Shown here piece after piece: positions 50,500-63,672 of a stretch of 64,000 nt of DNA. The stretch is from positions 1,488,001 through 1,552,000 of the forward strand of contig JAYWIR010000003.1 in the NCBI GenBank assembly GCA_036172245.1, read 5' to 3'. Source of the DNA: Raillietiella orientalis. Lineage: Eukaryota. The position numbers and the translations under genes are program-made. Every line of letters begins with the position of its first letter. The first letter of the stretch is position 1. The notes beneath the pieces were generated by a model. It was not told where the DNA came from. It was given only the letters and a program-made list of their open reading frames with translations, and ran no database searches.

Positions 50500-51900
50500 A
50501 CGATGCCGGAAGTTCGATTCGAATTTTGCCCAGGAACCATTTCGTGGAGATCCTCAGAAAGATTCTCGATCAGTGAATGGCATCCCTTCCATTCTGAACT
50601 CTTTTTGCGGCATTCCCGCCCTCCACTATCCTAGGAAGACTGAGAACCGCAAGGGACACTGCTGGCGGCAGTGTGGAAGAAGCGTATTGAAACGTCCTTG
50701 GGCCTAACCACTGGGATTCCTAGGGTTGTCGCAAGGCAATCACAAAGGGGTCGGAGGGCAGCACAGTCTAGAAGCAGGTACGGTATGAACTACTGTTCCC
50801 CGCATCTGCCATGCACCGACATTCGCCCGGTTCCAATGATGAAGACGTGCTTTGCATCGGATTCTTCAATTCAAAACCAATAACGCCATCTGACACTTGG
50901 GAAAGAGGGTACGATTGTTCCAGCACGCTGGAGGCCCCATCAGTTCATCTGGAGGAATTGTTAGCAGCCCCCACGGCGTGTAAGTCCAGATGGAACACTC
51001 GGGGTCACAGAGTCCGCTAATTCCCGTGTCAACCAGTCAGAAAAAAGCTTCCACTTACTAGTTATGCAGCAGGTGACCTTCTGAACGAGGGCACCTGGAA
51101 GCCATCCTCATGTAGGCAATTGCCATGCGGGCGGCTTTCCGACACTGTGCTTGAGTCTGCAGGACATGACGAGCCGTAACGATGGCGCGCATGTAACACT
51201 GTCGTGATAACTGTGCCAAGCGAAAGTCCTCCGCATGCGATGACCGCACAGCAAGTCATAAGTGGTGTCCCCCTGGCATAGAGTTGCTGTAACCAGCCTC
51301 CATCACAGTCCAATAGCAGGAGCGGAATCGATTCCAGCGGTCCCCACCTAGCACACTTAGGAGATGCAGCTCCCCTTGAGACGAGGTGCCAGGGCAGATT
51401 GTACTGGATTCCCTATATAGTACGAGTAACAGCAGTATCTCGTGATTCCATTGAGAGGGAACACTGACATGTTCCAGCACAAGAGGGGAACCACCAGTTT
51501 GTAGGGGGGAGCACTAAACAGTTGACATCACCGACTTATTCCCTTCGCCAAAGTGCGCTAAGTGGCGACATCCACCAACCCACGCCTCTTCCATCCGCCA
51601 AGGAGTTTTGTCTTCCCTGCAGTGAACTCTGTGCAAGAAAGTCCCCGCCCCGTCGGTTGGCAACTGTTATCACATGCTTCAGGGCAGACAGTGCTGCAGC
51701 AAGGGATGTGGCGCCAGCATGTCGAAATCGGTCTGCATGTGGTGGAACAGAATCGATCTTGCCTGTCTTTGTTTATCAACCGCAAGTACAAGTACTTTTC
51801 GAAAAACAACTGGCAACACCTTCTATGCCCCAGTGCTCCATGAACAAGTTGAGCGTGAGCATCGTAGGGCACAATTCTCTGGGCTCACTGGTGCGCTCAC
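50500..51900 (-). mobile_element. Heavily degraded L1/Tx1-like ORF2 fragments
   Basis: MRAIVTARHVLQTQAQCRKAARMAIAYMRMAS (51058-51200) aligns by eye with IRAIVTVRDVLEITGQRCCVTRKAADFIRAAA of the 52.3 kb copy. Confidence 0.55.
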
Positions 51901-51949
51901 CAGAAAGGGAGAGGAGTTTGAAGTTTCCTACCCGGTCACGCCGGGACGT

Positions 51950-53600
51950 TTATTTTGATAAACCAGCTGGAAACAGTTGCTTCCAGCCAACGACTAAGAA
52001 AACCAACAACGGAGATACACCACTGGCACGCAGGCCAGGAAAACGGAAGAACATAAACGAATGGGGGAGGAGGGGTCTACAAACAAACAAAAAAAAAGTG
52101 TAAATGGGAGGAATGGGTCAGGGAACTTTGGTGACGCTCCGCAGTCACCGGGAAAATCAAAGAGTGATAGCACCAAAAGCACTACGGAGCGAATGGGAGT
52201 AGGGGCTCGAGAGCAAAAATGGAGTTAAAAGGGAATGGGGGTGGATCACCGGGTTCGTCTTTCGAAACCGTTGTTAATCCGGCGATGGATGCCGGTTAGC
52301 TCCTCCGTTGCGTTTTCACTCAAGTGTCGCCACCCAGCTGCCGCCCTGATAAAGTCGGCTGCCTTCCTGGTGACACAGCATCGCTGACCAGTGATCTCCA
52401 GCACGTCTCGGACCGTGACGATGGCGCGGATGCAACCAACTGTGGAAATCAAGGCAGCCCTCGAAAGTCCTTGCGCTTGGAAGAACCGTCGCAGCACTTC
52501 ACGGGCGGTGTCCCCCGGTGGCAGGAGTGCCGCTGTCAACTTCCGCCAGAGTTCCTGGAGGGCACCACAGTCCAAAACAAGGTGCGGGAACGACTCCGTC
52601 TCCCCGCCCCGGGCACAGTAGGGAGAAGCCACCCCACCGGAAACTCGGTGCCGCCGCTCGTTATGGCGCAAGCCCCAGTGCAAGAAGAGGAAGACGTCTT
52701 GCTTCCATGCAAGGGGGAACACCGAACCGTCCAAACAGCAGGGAGGGATTATAAGTTCATCGGGGGCAACACCAAGAGCTTCTCCCCACCGAAGTAATCC
52801 CTTTGCTGTAGCACGAGGAGTGGCGGCATCCGCGAGCTCGTTCGTGTCCCATTAGCCGAGTAGTTTCGTTCTTCCTGCGATGGTTCAGAAGAACTCCCAC
52901 CTGGATACTGTCTTCTCGAACCTCGAGGGCAGACAGTGCTTCGGCGAGGGGAGTGGCGGTCAGGAAGGAAAATTTCACCTCGTCCTGCATCACATCTTGG
53001 AGTGGCCAAGGTTGGAATCGACGCAGGGGGCGAAGATCTTCGCGGCTCATTCCTAGGAATGCAGCCCAGGAATCAATGGATTCCTGACGCCAAGCATTGT
53101 AGTTCATTGGGCGGCAGGAAATCCACGTATTGGCTTCCAACAGGGTGGAGTTTGAAGTCGCCTGTAATCACATGGGCTTATTGCACGCCTGCATCTACAA
53201 GCCATCCGTGCTTAAGGGAGCTGTAGAATTGAGTGCGCACCCTTTGAGGATTGTCGCTCGGCGTGAAAGCGTTGGCCACGAAGAGGATAGTCCAAGGAGC
53301 ACTATCAGTTCAGAACGTACTCACTAAACCACGTCCCATATCGCACATCTCAGTGAAGGACCATCCTGCATGGGCACGTGGAGGCACAGTAGCTTCTCAT
53401 CCACGATCCGTCCGCGTTCCTGAGAATAAGGGCGTTTTCGATGCTTTGCCTAGAGAAGGTAACCAGAGACTAATACGTTTTTCCGGAGGTAGAGGATCGA
53501 GCCTCACTGAAACTCATGGATGCTTCGGGCGGCGAACGCTGCACCTAGAATGACGATGGAAAAAGTGACATCAGCCCTATTCGTCCCTTGGTTCCATGTG
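51950..53600 (-). mobile_element. L1/Tx1-like element, 3' half
   Basis: SPYCARGGETESFPHLVLDC zinc finger (ORF 52246-52734), upstream ORF 52757-53140, T-rich 3' UTR ending in AAATAAACG at ~51950. Confidence 0.8.
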
Positions 53601-53649
53601 GTTCTTGAATCGATCACACGGGGACCAGCTCTCTCGACTGCGGAGGAAG

Positions 53650-55150
53650 CATACGAATCCAGCCGCCCTTCTCTACCAGGTGGGTGACAGAAGCAAACAG
53701 TCGGTGCAAGAGTTCTACGAGTGACTTTCGCACAAAGAGGACGACTTAGTCTCCCCAGTGATCGTTGATGAAAGCCGAACGTGAAAGGTTCTTTGCAAGG
53801 AATCCATCCGCGCGGAACGACTCTTGCAAACGAAAATCGTCTTGGAAAGCCACAAGCTATTTCCTACGATCACGAACCATTCGTTCGTGGTTAAAACGAG
53901 TACAGTCGTTGGTTTTGTCCTGGTTTTCGAACTGGCAAAACAGGACACAGCGCACGCGCTTCGTAAGCAGGCAAATACATTCTGCTGTTTAGCGAAGCTG
54001 CCTCGCAGGAGCAGGTGTAAGCGTGCCCGATTGGGCAGCATTCCTGCGTGTCCTGCAGGTGGAAGGCACAGCAGTTTGCCTGTGGCGAGCCGTGATTCCA
54101 CAAACGTGTGGCAACTGCAGTGAACAAGGACATCTGAAAGGTGTTCCCGCGAAGCGAGTACCGTCACTTAACCAACCGGGTCACCTTGGTTGACGTGTGC
54201 TCTCACATGTGAACGTGGAACACCCCAGGAGAGGTTTGACCAAGACCGGCGCAACAGCAGTAGTGCCATGCTTACCACAAAGACAGGGAAGAGGTGAGAT
54301 GACTCCTTCAGACACCAGCGGCTCAGAAGATAGCCGCAGAATAGGAGTCACGTAAGGCTGAGAAGCGAGGACGGTGACAGCGACCTTCTAGAAGAAGAAG
54401 CAGACAAAACATGGGAAGGTACATCGAGAAAAAGGGACCGGAAAAGATGTTGCTGCGGCGCACCGGAACTCCAGCCGCGCGAATCGGAATGGACTTCACG
54501 CCTACACCTCAATACCTACAACAACGCCGTCTCCCGCCCGAAACGCCTCGAAGCAGGATGCGGTTGCAACCGGATGCTGGACTGATCCACGAGGAGGAAG
54601 CGAACTCTCAGCAGACGTCGGATGCGAATGTGAATGCCCCACTGGCAAAGCACATAGGCATCCAGGTGTTCGAAGCGCAGCTGCGAAACTCCGTGGGGTC
54701 TTGCGCCCCGGCCCGGGAGGAAGCGAGGCCCGCTAAGAGGCAACTCACAAGGAAATCGCGGGAAGGATGTTCTGCAAAGATTCCCATAGTTATCCGACAC
54801 AGTTTTTTCATTGGTGGACAAACCGCGACAAAGAAAATACTGTGAAACATCCACGGCGAAGAAAAGAGAAAGAGTCGACTTGACACTTTTATCAATTCGG
54901 CCCAGTACGAATCCTAGCAAGATTCGCAAATGGTCATTGGATGAAGGTGATGATAGCGGGCATCCTCATTCATCCGTCATCAACACAGAAAGCAAAATTA
55001 CTCGGCCGGCATGCTTCGATCGCCTAGCAACTCGACGCTAGAGGGAGATGTTCCTTCACTCAGCTTCTGGAGTCCCAAGTCCCGGTACGTGGGCGGCATG
55101 AAAGACGCCGGTATGAGGGATTTTGATGTCTCCCAACGAGTGGGGCAGTG
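53650..55150 (+). mobile_element. Possible 5' portion of a second plus-strand non-LTR element
   Basis: ORF1-like FVLVFELAKQDTAHAL..RARLGSIP, decayed knuckle CHAYHK, and APE-start-like YVGGMKDAGMR at ~55090. Weak motifs. Confidence 0.3.
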
Positions 55151-55619
55151 TCGAGACCGTTGTGCTTACGAAGTAAAACCCCAGAGACGTGCTAAAGCTC
55201 ACCTTCGTGCTATTAAGGGGAACAACAAAGTGTCTGAAGTACCCAAAAGACTTAAGGGTAAAGCTTGTCAAGCTACTAAAGAGGTTGTAGAAGAGCATAG
55301 GCAATCATCAGACTCTTTCTTCCATACCACCATTTTCCATACCACACGTTTTCTTATATGCTTTTTTTAGTACTCTTTCTGTCTTCCCAGATCTGACTCC
55401 CGATGAGAATTTAGCTGACTTTCCGCCAATACACTTTAGAAACCACCAAACTTTCCTAAGAACTATCGCTTTACTTTGAAACTGTTTCGTCTTTTGGCCT
55501 GTTTGTTGTGAAGGCACAATGAATGCCACGGCTCAGTAGGATGTCAAAGCCCTTGATCGATGTTCGAGACCAAGTCTTTAGTCTCCTGAAGGCTTCTCAA
55601 GCGGTTGCGCAAGAAAGTT

Positions 55620-56770
55620 CACTTGTACATAAAAACCATTAAACAAAGAATCACGCTGTGAGTCAAAAAAACAAAAACAAAAAGAAGTTCGAAGGGCTCG
55701 TTCTTTGAAAACTGTTCGGAGAATTGGTGAGCACAGGACTTAGAACTAAATAAATTATGGAGGGCAATGGGTGAGGTCATCGAGATTCCTGCACCATTTC
55801 GAAAAATGTTGCAAGATGGTGGCGATCTTCCTCTGACTCCCATTTTCAGATGGGATAACCTGCAAGCCTTCATCATGGAGGGAACCACGATACGAGTGGC
55901 TTCCCCGCTGGCAAATGATGCAGCTCGAGCGAGTAGCGGACCTTGTTGATGCCGCGAATGCAACACAAGGTCACAGTCACTGCGGCAAGCGGGAGAGCTT
56001 CTCGCGGAAAGAGCTAAGACAGCAGTTCGGCTGGCCAATCCTCAAGATGCAAGAGGGCTGAAGTTAACAGCTCCCACAACCAATGGACGACGGCGCAGTT
56101 CACTGACAGGTGGCAGGAGAGATTCGATCGCCAAGCACTTGTCACACATTCCGGGGAGAACCTGCTCCTCGTGAATACTGCAGGCGCCCGTTGCAAGGGA
56201 CACTCCTGTGCAAGAGGAACACCATGTCATATTGTCACCCAAGGAGGAACATGGTACTGTTCAGATACGGGGGAAGACGCAGTGTTCTTCCGGGACACAT
56301 TAAGATTTCCGTCCTCTGACAAAGTCGCTTCGCCTGGAAGCAGGACGTAGTCGTGTCGCCTAGCACTTCGTGGTACATTCGTCTAGGAGTTTCTGCGCCC
56401 CTTCAGTGATACAGAACTCCCATCTTGTCAGTAAGATAGAATAGAATTGATAGAATTGGCAGCAGCAATGAGGGTGGGAAGGCGATGAATAAATAAATAC
56501 CAGGTGGGTGAGAATGGGGATACCGAGGTTGCTGCCCCCCTTCCAGAGCCTCATTGTGATGATGATGATTACCCTACTGACTTTCGTTCCAGATGAGGCC
56601 ATCTGCATGCTTTCTTCAGATGCAGGAAGCCTCTCGTTACCGCTGATCAGCCGCAGCGAGTACCAGGTCGTGAGCATGCCGTGGGCGCCACACAAAGTCG
56701 CGATCATGGCGGCAGACGAGAGAACCTCTCGCGTGATGAAGCGGAGAGCAGATCAGTCGGCATTTCTTCA
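55620..56770 (-). mobile_element. Degraded L1/Tx1-like RT and 3' end fragment
   Basis: KVSRVIII followed by a decayed RGxxQGDPxSP region (~56500-56590); C-terminal MMKACRLSHLK resembling RATKWSHLK and AAAGWRHL of sister copies; T-rich 3' UTR. Confidence 0.5.
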
Positions 56771-56779
56771 GGGTAGATG

Positions 56780-59700
56780 AGCTTCGAAGCCAGCCTTTGC
56801 CCTAATGAATGGATGACACCGCAGTTCATCAGCAGTTGGGGGAGCGATTCGATCTCCCCCTGGCACACTCCGCAAACACTCTCTCGTTACATGGTGCATG
56901 CATTCGTTGCAGGGAAGACTTTAAAGCAACAAAAGTACCACTCTGTGTTCCCACCGGAGAGGGAGGACAGACGAGCCAACACAAGGGCGGGAACACGTTC
57001 AGAGTTTCGGCCCACCGTCGGAGTCCTTCGCCTGCTAGCAGAGCGCAGCCGCATCGGCCAGCACTTTCATGGAAAATCCGCCTAGTTTTTCTACTCCCAC
57101 GATGGTGCAGGAGAACTCCCACATCACCAAGAGACAACTGCCATTGCTTTCCCATAGGGAAGACAGCGCTGCGGCCAAAGGTGTGGTGAATGCTGGCCTG
57201 ATTGGTCGGTTCCTCGACGATTCTTTGCAGGATCATCCTTCCGGACCTCTGGATCGACATGAGATCTTTCGGGCTGCTGCAGGCTAACCGTGCCCAGGTA
57301 TCCACAGATCCCTTCCTCCAGGCATGAATGAAGTTCAAATGGCGGCAGGAGATCCCCATTCGTTGGTTCCAAGCAAAGAGAGTCCTGGAGACCGTTATGG
57401 CCTGTGTGCTTTAGAAGCACTGTTATCTGAGTTCTCTTCACCGGACACGTGCATCTGTCCATATCACAGGATGCCACCTCGATATTCGACGACAACAGAA
57501 ACAACTGCTTGGGCTGTTTGGCCGTGATCCCGTCATCCCGTCCGCATTGTCTTTTCCGTTGGTCTTCACAAAGAGGGCGATTGGCCTTACTGCCAGTTTC
57601 CCCTTTGTTTCCTGCCTCATGACGCTCTCCGCCTTCGCTGAACACATCGATGTGTGTTGAATCCCATTGTCGGTGTCGATAGGAGAGTCGCGTCGAACCA
57701 AGCTGCCAGGGATTCGTTTCCTCTCCAGAGCAACAGGAGGGGTCTTCAAGCCTCGTCTCTAGGCCTGCCGACTCATCCCTGGAACTGAACTCAGTACGCT
57801 CTCCAGGGTTCGAATTGACTTGAACCGGCGACGTCGGGCCGTTTTCGGTGACACTAGAACGTTCAGACGAAGTGTGTTCGCCCAGTCCACGAAGAACCGG
57901 CCGTTACGACCGCGGACTACTGCCTGTTAACTACCATGGTGCTTCCACGAGGATGAGGTTGACTAAGGATTGAGCCTCGTCGAAGGGGTGGGCTGTGGTA
58001 AGAGAAGTAGCAGGTCATTAGCATACGCCACCACAGGCAGTGGGCAGGAGCAGGAGGAGGGCAAGGGCCCTAGGGTTGAGTATAAGTCTTCAGAACGAGC
58101 TCAAAGTGCGGACTAAAGAGTCACGGGTTGAGGCAATCGCCGTACCTGATCCTCCTGCTTGGCACGCTGAACACGTGGCGGCAGCTGAAAAAGTTATCTG
58201 TCAGAACACAGCGCCAGGTCACACACAAGTAATTTATTAGAAAGAGAGGAAGATCTAGCCATCCCAGTAGCTCCAGCGGGGTTTTTTGGTACACGGAGTC
58301 GAATGCTTTTTGCAAGTCGACCATGACAGCCAGGTCTCCTGGTTCTGTTCCCCCGTGATGACCTTCTTTTCCAAGAAGAGACTGAGCTGCTACCGAGCCA
58401 CAGTCTTTGCTAGTGTCCAACTGTCGCAGCCAAGACAGCGCGAAGAGAGGGTTGGATCCTATGCTTCGCCTGGGAACCGCGAAGGATTGCACCGAGATAA
58501 TCAGGGCACGCGTCACTCCTCGTAACAGCGCGATCCATAGTTTGGAAAACAGCTTGACGTCCGAATTCACCAGTGTAACCAGCCGCCAATTATTCAGGCT
58601 GTGCAGATCCCCATTTTTCTGAAGGAGTCTTTAATTTTGCTGAGCTGAAGGAGTCTCAAACGCTTCCAGTCCTCCGCATGAGAGCATCGAGTCGATGCAC
58701 CGGGAGCACCGAATCTTCCGTGAAGGATCTGAAGAACTCCGCGGGTAGATCGTCCTTTTTTTAATACTTTCCTGGTTTTTAGGGATAAAAAGGAATGAGC
58801 ACCTCGTCCCTGGAGAATGGTTCATCCAGTCGTGCCCACCTTATATGGGGTCCCGCTTGGGTAGTAGCGCATTCGAAACTGTGCAGTCCGGGAAGCGCTC
58901 CTCACAGTGTGAGGAGTAGGAGACCACTTCCTTACGAATTCTGAGCAGATCAGAGTGTCTTACACTGCTCATCCAGTAGGGTCGTTACACCTGATTGCCA
59001 AGTTTGACGTGCGGCTCTTGCCCGATGTCCTGCGAGCTTTTTGGAGTCGAGGCAATGAAAGGTGTCTGTTACCTGAAGATACAGAGAATAAATTCTGCTC
59101 CCCTCCCCGAAGTCTCTCGGGGGTCGCTGAATAGGGTGTTCAGTGCACAGTGTGCGCACCGCGTTCTTGAAAGCATCCCAATCTTGGATACGAGCGATAT
59201 TGGTTTGCCGGACAAATTGGCGCAACAAGAGGCATTTTCCATAAATCTGAGGGAGGACAGTTGGCTGATCAAGTTCGCTGAACTCTCCAGCCACACTAGA
59301 GTGTGATCGGAGAGTGCGGACCGTATTCTACCTCGATTCACTACCCCTGAGTACAGAGAAAGACACTATCACTCCTTTCATCGTCTGCTCTCCGGACAGG
59401 AAGTTCGAGAGCTGCATCTCTGCAGGCACCTCGTACACCTTTCTGCGGATTCCTTCCCAGCATGTGTCGTCCCTGTGTAGGGGAATGTTGATGTCTGCCG
59501 CTGCCAGATGTGGGATTCAGGGATCCGAAACGCCCAACCAATTCTCCTTAAGATCTTGAAACAAGCGGATCCCCTTCTCCATGGAGTGATGGGGTCTATA
59601 GATCAGGACCAAGGGAAGCTAAGTTTCCCAACTCTATCAACCACATCGAATTTTACTCCAATAAAGAGTGGGAGCAGACATGGGTGCAGAAGAAGACGCA

Positions 59701-62600
59701 ACGTCTCTCGTGCCGCTAGATAGAAGCGTACAGCTCGAAAACGCCTCGGTCGCTTCCTCCGCGGAGCTCGTGTCTCCTGAAGCAGGTACAAATCGAAACG
59801 ATTGATGGTGGCAACTGCATTCTACCTCTTCACGGCATTTCGTAGCCTGTCAATGTTCCAACAGGCTACGGTGAAGCGACGCCAGGAGACTGAGTCTGGA
59901 TGAGTTCTATCGAACTAAAGACTGGATCTCTCGGGAGATCTGTCAGCGATGCTGACAGAGTTGCGCAATACGGCGCTGTGTCCTGGTCCAGCCATGACGT
60001 AGGCCCGTCTGAGGTTTTTCACCCTATCACGACGAGGAGTTTATTTTATGAAAATAAACCAGTTGGGAGCTGTTCCCAACCGAAGACAAAAGAAGTTTAT
60101 GGAGGAGTGCACCGACACGTAGGTCGGGATATGCAGAAGCTCGGAATGGGAGAAGGAAGGAGAGAGAACAAAAAAGGAAACCCAGTAAATTGGAGCAGAG
60201 ATCTTCGGGTTCGCTCCGTTTGCACAGGGATCAAAATAGCTTGGTCTTACTTCCAGAAGCTTCCCCAAAAAATAAAAGGGGAAGTTAGAGAGCGAAAGGG
60301 AGTGGGAATGAGATTTTTTCTTTTTTCAAAGTCCGAAGTTGGCCCTATTTAGTGAGCTTATCGGTCTGCATTCGCAACATTAGGGGGAGCTCGTGCGTCC
60401 GCGCACGACCCGTCCGTCAAAGATTCAATTTCCCCATGGGGGAGGATGAGAAGTGTGTCCCTGGGGCCCAAGGAATCCTTACGACGCGCAAGACATTCAG
60501 AGTTCCCTCCCCACCGGTGCTGTCGAGCCACTGACGGCCTCTCACTTGCGGCTCTTGGGCTGTTGCCCCGATACCGTGATCTGCTGATCACCAGCCTTTG
60601 TGGATGCTTCAGTCTCCAAATCGAAGTCTAACAGAACCACTCTCGATCCGGGGGTGCATCTCCCCCACGAGGGCTGCGCAGCACCATCGCATGCGACGGG
60701 TGCAACCTCGGGCTCCACGTGGCAAACGAATTCCAGTTTTCCGTCGCCTTTCGATCGCATTCGGAATGGAGTTAGCGGGCGCCGTGGCATCACGCGATGG
60801 ACGCAATTTGCGAACCTGCTTCACTAACTTCCAACCTTCTGCCTTCTTCACGCCTGCACGCCTCCTCGCCAGGCGAGCAGCCGGCTGCGACGGATTGCCT
60901 TCGGTCCTCGTAGGCAACAAAACGAGTTTGATGCATTGTGGCCATCAACTATGGCAAATGATTGCCTTGGTAGAGGAGAACCTGCCTTTCCGCGAATTGC
61001 ACTGCCTGGCTGCAGGAGTCGGTTTCTGTATGGGGAAAGCCGATTCTTGTTGCCTTCGACCTGTAGCGTGTGAGGGAGTCTGCTGCTGTCCGCGGCAGTG
61101 ACCCCTGAATTGACTTTTAAGAAGCCAATCGCAGAAAGTGCTTTCTGCTTCATCGCATGCACCGTTGAGGATTTAGCCGGCTCATCCCTGGGACCGATTT
61201 CGCGGATCCCGGGACGAACCCCGCTCAATTCCACTACGAAGGAACGATCCTCCGTAATGAGAAGAATTATGGTGCCATTAATTCTGAGTGATGTTCTCAG
61301 AGAGTGCTGGACCAGGGCCGCGTCCTTGCCAAAAACGCACCACGCTCCCTCTAATTTTCCTGGGAGTCAACCCGTTCAGATCTTTTTCGAGAACTCCAAG
61401 GCGCGTGAGTTCCCTGCATAAGTCGTCCACCGCGCGCGAACCCGTCCGTCTAACCTTATAGATGAGGGTTGGATTGTAGCCCTCAGCAACGTGGGCGCGA
61501 AGTTCGGCCTCATTGGGGAAACGGGTGGGGGGAAAGCTCCATTCGTTGCACTTGCTGCAAGCACGTCGCTCCAGAGATTCGTGGACGCTGAAGACGGTGC
61601 GCTGCTTTGTACCGTACCAGATACCTGACGTGGAGCTTTTATCCGTCATTCGCCTACAGCTCAAGCACTTTTCGGGCGACCTGCCTTGTGCGTCCTGCCC
61701 GAGTGGACTGCCAGAAAGCTTTAAAAATGGAAGGGGGTCGGATTCGGCAGGGACCGCCCCTACATGCGCGAGCTACCGGAGGATCGGGGATCGGGTTCGA
61801 ACTGCTTTCGAGTGGAAGATTTCGTCAGTGAAATTTTCCTCCTGCGCCTATTATAGCTTTTTTCCCTCTTCCTCCTCCTCCTTCAACCATGTTCGGGTGT
61901 GAAGTGGGCGACAGTTTTACGCTGGTTTCTCATCCTCCTGCGGTTTCCCTTTTAACTGGTTTCTCATTTGAGCTGGTCAAAAGGGTTCACAAAGCAACAG
62001 CCTCTGCTGCTTGTCCATTCTTCAGTCCTGTCCCGGGCCCTTGCACCTCTGGGACGAATTTGCCTTGTAGCGCTCGCCTTTGCTGACACTTTAAGCATCC
62101 CCTTCAGACGTGGTGCGCTGACTTTCAAAGAAAAGCACCGCCACTGTGGCTGCAATGCAGCGGCCACGTGTCCTGGCCTTGCCTCACTTCTTCCCGCGCC
62201 TCCAAGGGACATGTGCGGTGCCCGAACTTCTTTTAAAAAACGGGGTCGGATTCGGCAGGGATTGCGCCTGAAAGAAAGAAGGCTGCTGCCTACAGCTGAC
62301 CTGCATTCGCTGGGGATGTACGTCCCTCCCGATACGGTACAAGATTTTTCCCTCCCCCTCGCAATCCATGCCAATGTTCAGAGTCCTCTGCCCCGAGTAC
62401 ACGTCCCCTGGTTCCCATTGGCCCACCACGAGGAATTCCTTACACAGAGGGAGGCGATAAACCAGGAATCCTATTCGCTCAATGTTCCGAAATCCGTGGC
62501 ACCAATCACAAATTCCTACGCATCCAAATCAACTCCGTCAGCCTCCACGAATTCACTGCAACCAATCAAACATGGGAACTTTAGTTTGAAAACAACAACT
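56780..62600 (-). mobile_element. Near full-length but inactivated L1/Tx1-like retrotransposon (ORF1, then APE-RT-zinc finger ORF2)
   Basis: APE start FTVACWNIDRL..FDLYLLQET (59780-59880); LSDHTLV (~59300); RT LNNWRLVTLVNSDVKLFSK, VDLQKAFDSV, RRIRYGDCLNP, VAYANDL (~58020); CQGEIESLPQLLMNC (~56820-56870); ORF1 relics at 60.4-62.4 kb. Many stops and frameshifts. Confidence 0.88.
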
Positions 62601-62699
62601 TGTAGTAATTCTAGAAACCGCCTTAGTAATTATAACGTGGCACGTTGTTTTCCCTTTATAATTACTACGGCAGTTTCTAGAATCGGCCGGTTGAAATTA

Positions 62700-63400
62700 C
62701 GCCCCCAATACGCACACATTGACTTTCCCTTCTCCCCTACTCCCACGCGTTGTTGCTGGTTGTGTATGTTGCAGACTCTTGGAATGACCATCCACTCGGC
62801 TTTGCACGCTTCGCGACCCAAAGTTCCCGCCACAACTGCACTTCGACCGCACGCGGGTGACATTCCTCACTGTCCTCTGTCCGGTTCATGCCCTGCCTGG
62901 GCATGCAAAAATTGCAGTAGAGCGGTCCTTCACGCTATTTAGAGGGGGCATCGAGTGAAGTTTTTCAATCAGCAATAATCGCGCCTCGGTATAACCTTTT
63001 TGCCTACGGTGCTGCCGCTGCAGAAAGCGCGGGGGCAGTCATTGCCATGAACGAGCAGACTCTTCGCTGTGATCCACTAAATTCTCACAGCAACTTCTTC
63101 CGCAGATGGCCACACTGTCTCATGCGTTCTTCCAGGTCAAGTGCTGCCAATTTTGAAATGAGCTTTTCGGTGTACTCGAAGTATTCCTGACCACCTTCTC
63201 CGAGCATTTGTTGTTTGCGTTTCCCTGAGCAAGCCGTTGGCTTCCGACCTCATAACGGCGACTGCACACGTGCTTCGTATTTTCATTAAAACGAAAGTTT
63301 CACAAGTTTCTAGCAATCACCACACACGAATTTTGGCCATCGCGCACCTCAGGATCCGTTGCTGGAACACTACAGCTGAGCTTTAGAAATCCTCACTTGC
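62700..63400 (-). mobile_element. Probable Ty3/gypsy-like gag relic
   Basis: RKQQMLGEGGQEYFEYTEKLISKLAALDLEE resembles the retrotransposon gag QxxxEsvxeY motif, followed by a decayed knuckle LYCNFC..GHE. Confidence 0.4.
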
Positions 63401-63669
63401 TGCTCCTAGAAAATTGTAAAAAAGAAATAATTTCAGATGAACACAATAAGAAGATTTTCTTTCTGGCATCGATTCTCGAAAACGCAGAGAAAAACAACTT
63501 TATAAAAACTAACCTGAAAGAGGGAGAAGAAAATGAAACATCTGGAAATACGAGATAAAACGTTTAGAGAGCAGAAATGGTGTTCAACATAGAATGCCAC
63601 TCTATCAGAGAAGACCTTCATCCAATGCTCCAACTTGGAATGGACATCGTATGCACAACGAATCGCATG

Positions 63670-63672
<3 letters not shown>

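Noticed and set aside
51680..51760. HADRFRHAGATSLAAA resembling a tyrosine-recombinase HxxRH motif
   Set aside because: Isolated match preceded by stops, inside decayed non-LTR sequence, with no other DIRS or YR motifs.
61968..62942. 324-aa plus-strand ORF
   Set aside because: Antisense to retroelement 5' region and gag relics, spans an element boundary, and has no motif.
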